The translations under genes were made by a program, and so were the position numbers. DNA of 64,000 nt from an uncultured Gammaproteobacteria bacterium (lineage in GTDB: Bacteria > Pseudomonadota > Gammaproteobacteria > SZUA-229), in NCBI GenBank assembly GCA_937998645.1, contig CALLCZ010000037.1, positions 19,287-83,286 of the forward strand. The letters run 5' to 3'. Positions within the stretch are counted from its first letter, which is position 1. Each line of letters opens with the position of its first letter. This document shows positions 62,076 through 64,000 of the stretch, one piece after another. The notes beneath the pieces were generated by a model. It was not told the origin of the DNA. It did no database searches and saw only the letters and a program-made list of their open reading frames with translations.

Positions 62076-62246
62076 TTACTTCCCGTTTGTTTCAGAAGAC
62101 AGTTCATCCTGTGCCTGCTTTGCTCTGGATCTCTGCGTATCAGCCTGATTATAGGAATCATCCTTCGGTTCGGGCGCACTGGAACAGCCTGTGATTGACA
62201 GGGTCGTTAGCAGTAGAACAATCGTAGCATTGACTGCAAGCTTCAT
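62076..62246 (-). CDS. small lipoprotein (56 aa, lipobox ITGC)
   Basis: MKLAVNATIVLLLTTLSITGCSSAPEPK... AAGGAG RBS 8 nt upstream. Found manually, below the track cutoff; antisense to the weak track ORF 61991-62194. Confidence 0.45.
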   Translation of the reverse strand: MKLAVNATIVLLLTTLSITGCSSAPEPKDDSYNQADTQRSRAKQAQDELSSETNGK

Positions 62247-62341
62247 TTGAAACTCCTTTAATTAAATTAACCGGGACACCGGGCTGTAATTTTCAAGTAA
62301 TCAACATTACCCAAGGGATATCCGCAGCCAGTATACTCATT

Positions 62342-63670
62342 TCAATTGCTTACGCAATTTAAAGTGATATCCGCCCTGAAGCCACCGAGTTTGTCGGATC
62401 GCTGAAAGCTGATGCTGCCGTCGTAGTCATTGACCATATCTGCAACAATTGCAAGTCCAAAACCATGCCCGGCTGTTTGTTCATCCAGACGAACACCTCT
62501 GTGAGACAATTCGCTGAACTTATCAGGGTTTGCGCCTGGCCCATCGTCTTCAATGCAGATTTGAAAATTGTTATCAATCTTGCTGACGCTGAGTATGATG
62601 TTGTGGTTAGCCCATTTGTAAGCATTATCAAGCAGGTTGCCAAGTAATTCGAGCATGTCCTGACGGTCAACGGGACAGTTAATATCTGCCGGGATATCTG
62701 TGGCCAGGTGCACCGTTTTATCGGGATACATCATCTCGAGTGTTTTGATCAGCGCTGGAAGATCTTCAGTAAATGAAAACAGGGCACCGCCATGACTGTG
62801 ACCTGCAAGACGGGCGCGCTTTAATATACGATCGGTTAGTTGATATATCTCATCAGTCTGTTTCAATATCGTTTTTTTACTCGCTTCAGCTGAATCATTA
62901 TTATGAGTTTGCTGCTGGATCACCGTTAATGGTTTCTTGATCGCATGGGCCAGGTCGCTCAAGGCATCACGTGAGCGACGCAAGCGATCCCCCGTGACTG
63001 CCAGAAGATGATTCACTTCGATGATCAGGGGGCGAAGTTCAGCGGGTGAGTCGGTATTGAGTCTCTCCAGCTTCCCCTGCTCGAGTTTTTTTAACTCAGT
63101 ATGAATGCTGGTTACAGGCATCAGACTTCTGCGTAATATGATCACCTGAAAAATGACCAGCAGCAATAACATGCCCAGGGCCAGTGCGGAAAAGCCATAC
63201 TGAAACTGAATGATATTTTTATTGATTGGGTTGAGGTCTTCTGCAATTGATACCACAACCGGGTTTCCCTGTTTGATAAAACCCCTGGAGATGACCAGCA
63301 GCGATTGTTGTTCCGGCCCTGGTTGTTTAGTAAGTAGCTGCTCATCTGTATTAACCACGACAGGTGCTAGCCGGTAGTCCCATAAAGACCTTGAGCTGAT
63401 ATATTGTTCATCGCTGATAACAACATAATAGTGACCGGAAAACGGCTGGTTATAGACAAGGTCGATACGCTGGTCGGCTAGTGTCAATTTTCCATCTTTC
63501 TCGAATTCTATCGTGCTGAGCAATGTTTCTGCATCATGCAACAGGCGTGAGGCAATGTAGTCTTCCGCCAGAGTCTTGATGCTAATACTCACCAGCAACC
63601 ACAGCGCAGAAAAAGCAATAATCAGGCTGAATAATAAACCGGTACTGAGCCTGGCCTGTATAGACTGCAT
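62342..63670 (-). CDS. sensor histidine kinase (periplasmic-sensing, QseC/PhoQ-like architecture)
   Basis: Two TM segments flanking a periplasmic domain, HAMP, H-box LSDLAHAIKKPL, HATPase. Start overlaps the RR stop. Confidence 0.85.
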   Translation of the reverse strand: MQSIQARLSTGLLFSLIIAFSALWLLVSISIKTLAEDYIASRLLHDAETLLSTIEFEKDGKLTLADQRIDLVYNQPFSGHYYVVISDEQYISSRSLWDYRLAPVVVNTDEQLLTKQPGPEQQSLLVISRGFIKQGNPVVVSIAEDLNPINKNIIQFQYGFSALALGMLLLLVIFQVIILRRSLMPVTSIHTELKKLEQGKLERLNTDSPAELRPLIIEVNHLLAVTGDRLRRSRDALSDLAHAIKKPLTVIQQQTHNNDSAEASKKTILKQTDEIYQLTDRILKRARLAGHSHGGALFSFTEDLPALIKTLEMMYPDKTVHLATDIPADINCPVDRQDMLELLGNLLDNAYKWANHNIILSVSKIDNNFQICIEDDGPGANPDKFSELSHRGVRLDEQTAGHGFGLAIVADMVNDYDGSISFQRSDKLGGFRADITLNCVSN

Positions 63671-64000
63671 TAATCGTCATTCCTGAATACATAGCCCTGG
63701 CCGCGGCGTGTTTCAATACATTTTTTTCCCAGCAGAAGGCGTAAGCGCCTGACATATACCTCGATAACATTACTGTCCTTGTCGGAATCGAAGTCATAGA
63801 CATGTTCAGTCAGTAGTGACTTGGACAATACCCGGCCGCGGTTTAGCAAAAAATAACGCAGCAGGCGAAATTCAGTACCCGTTAATGCATGTGTCTGACC
63901 GTCTTCCAGTGTCACTGATTGCTGTTCTTCATCAAGCGATAATCCAGCAGCAGTCAGTTTTCCACCGGGCTGTTGCCGGCTACGGTGCAGTAGCGCAGTT
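63671..64000 (-). CDS. OmpR-family response regulator, C-terminal part (receiver domain lies beyond the window end)
   Basis: Winged-helix LTGTEFRLLRYFLLNRGRVLSKSLLTEHVYDFDSDKDSNVIEVYVRRLR. The frame stays open to the window edge. Confidence 0.8.

Noticed and set aside
61991-62194. 67-aa + strand ORF from the track
   Set aside because: The opposite strand encodes a convincing lipoprotein with a lipobox and a strong RBS; the + ORF has neither.

Overview
This 64-kb window looks like chromosomal DNA from a gammaproteobacterium. Gene content (class III PhaC/PhaE PHA synthase, an Rnf complex, a giant pyruvate:ferredoxin oxidoreductase, PEP synthase, periplasmic KatG, hemerythrin) suggests a Chromatiales-like sulfur-oxidiser, but that is inference only. 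No rRNA, tRNA, CRISPR array, integrase or transposase gene was recognised.

Gene order, left to right:
- a partial Lhr-like helicase at the window start, then a repeat-rich intergenic region holding a 230-bp MITE-like element with terminal inverted repeats (TIRs);
- a membrane protein, a rhodanese gene remnant, a YbaK-like deacylase, an L,D-transpeptidase and the NfeD–stomatin pair;
- signal-peptide KatG, then the ppsA–ppsR pair;
- a large energy/carbon module: rnfB, a 1646-aa PFOR (pyruvate synthase) with an extra C-terminal ferredoxin-like domain, rnfCDGEA, a small NqrM-like Cys-rich protein, and a ferredoxin-NADP reductase;
- a complete PHA locus: phaEC, divergent phaA–phaB–phaR, and a phasin gene with a sigma70 promoter and palindromic PhaR-type operators. 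The same 14-mer operator sits upstream of the PFOR gene;
- an accessory-looking stretch at about 33–55 kb: FlK-like thioesterase, hemerythrin, GltS-like FMN/Fe-S oxidoreductase, an ANL-adenylase fragment, two paralogous PilZ proteins bracketing a HAD hydrolase and a patatin-like phospholipase, a CPBP protease, an orphan PAS histidine kinase, glgC, an HTH-less S24 peptidase, YjbQ, a class-II aldolase fused to a Dabb domain, an FHA protein, and a lytic transglycosylase;
- a 3-gene cassette (DUF302, P-loop ATPase, SAM methyltransferase) flanked by near-identical 260–360-bp direct repeats that contain 100-bp tandem arrays;
- an acidic small protein plus PPK2.

Several short dispersed repeat families pepper the intergenic regions.

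The strongest candidate system sits at the right end. A GT4-like glycosyltransferase lies divergent to an EgtB-like sulfoxide-synthase homolog, which is followed by a fused pyridine-nucleotide-disulfide oxidoreductase::SelD (selenophosphate synthetase). This matches the recently described selenoneine (senB/senA/senC) arrangement, here with SelO next door. A small lipoprotein and a two-component system follow.

Small ORFs under 60 aa are absent from the ORF track; three candidates were found by eye. All functional calls come from motif recognition by reading the sequence. No database search was run.
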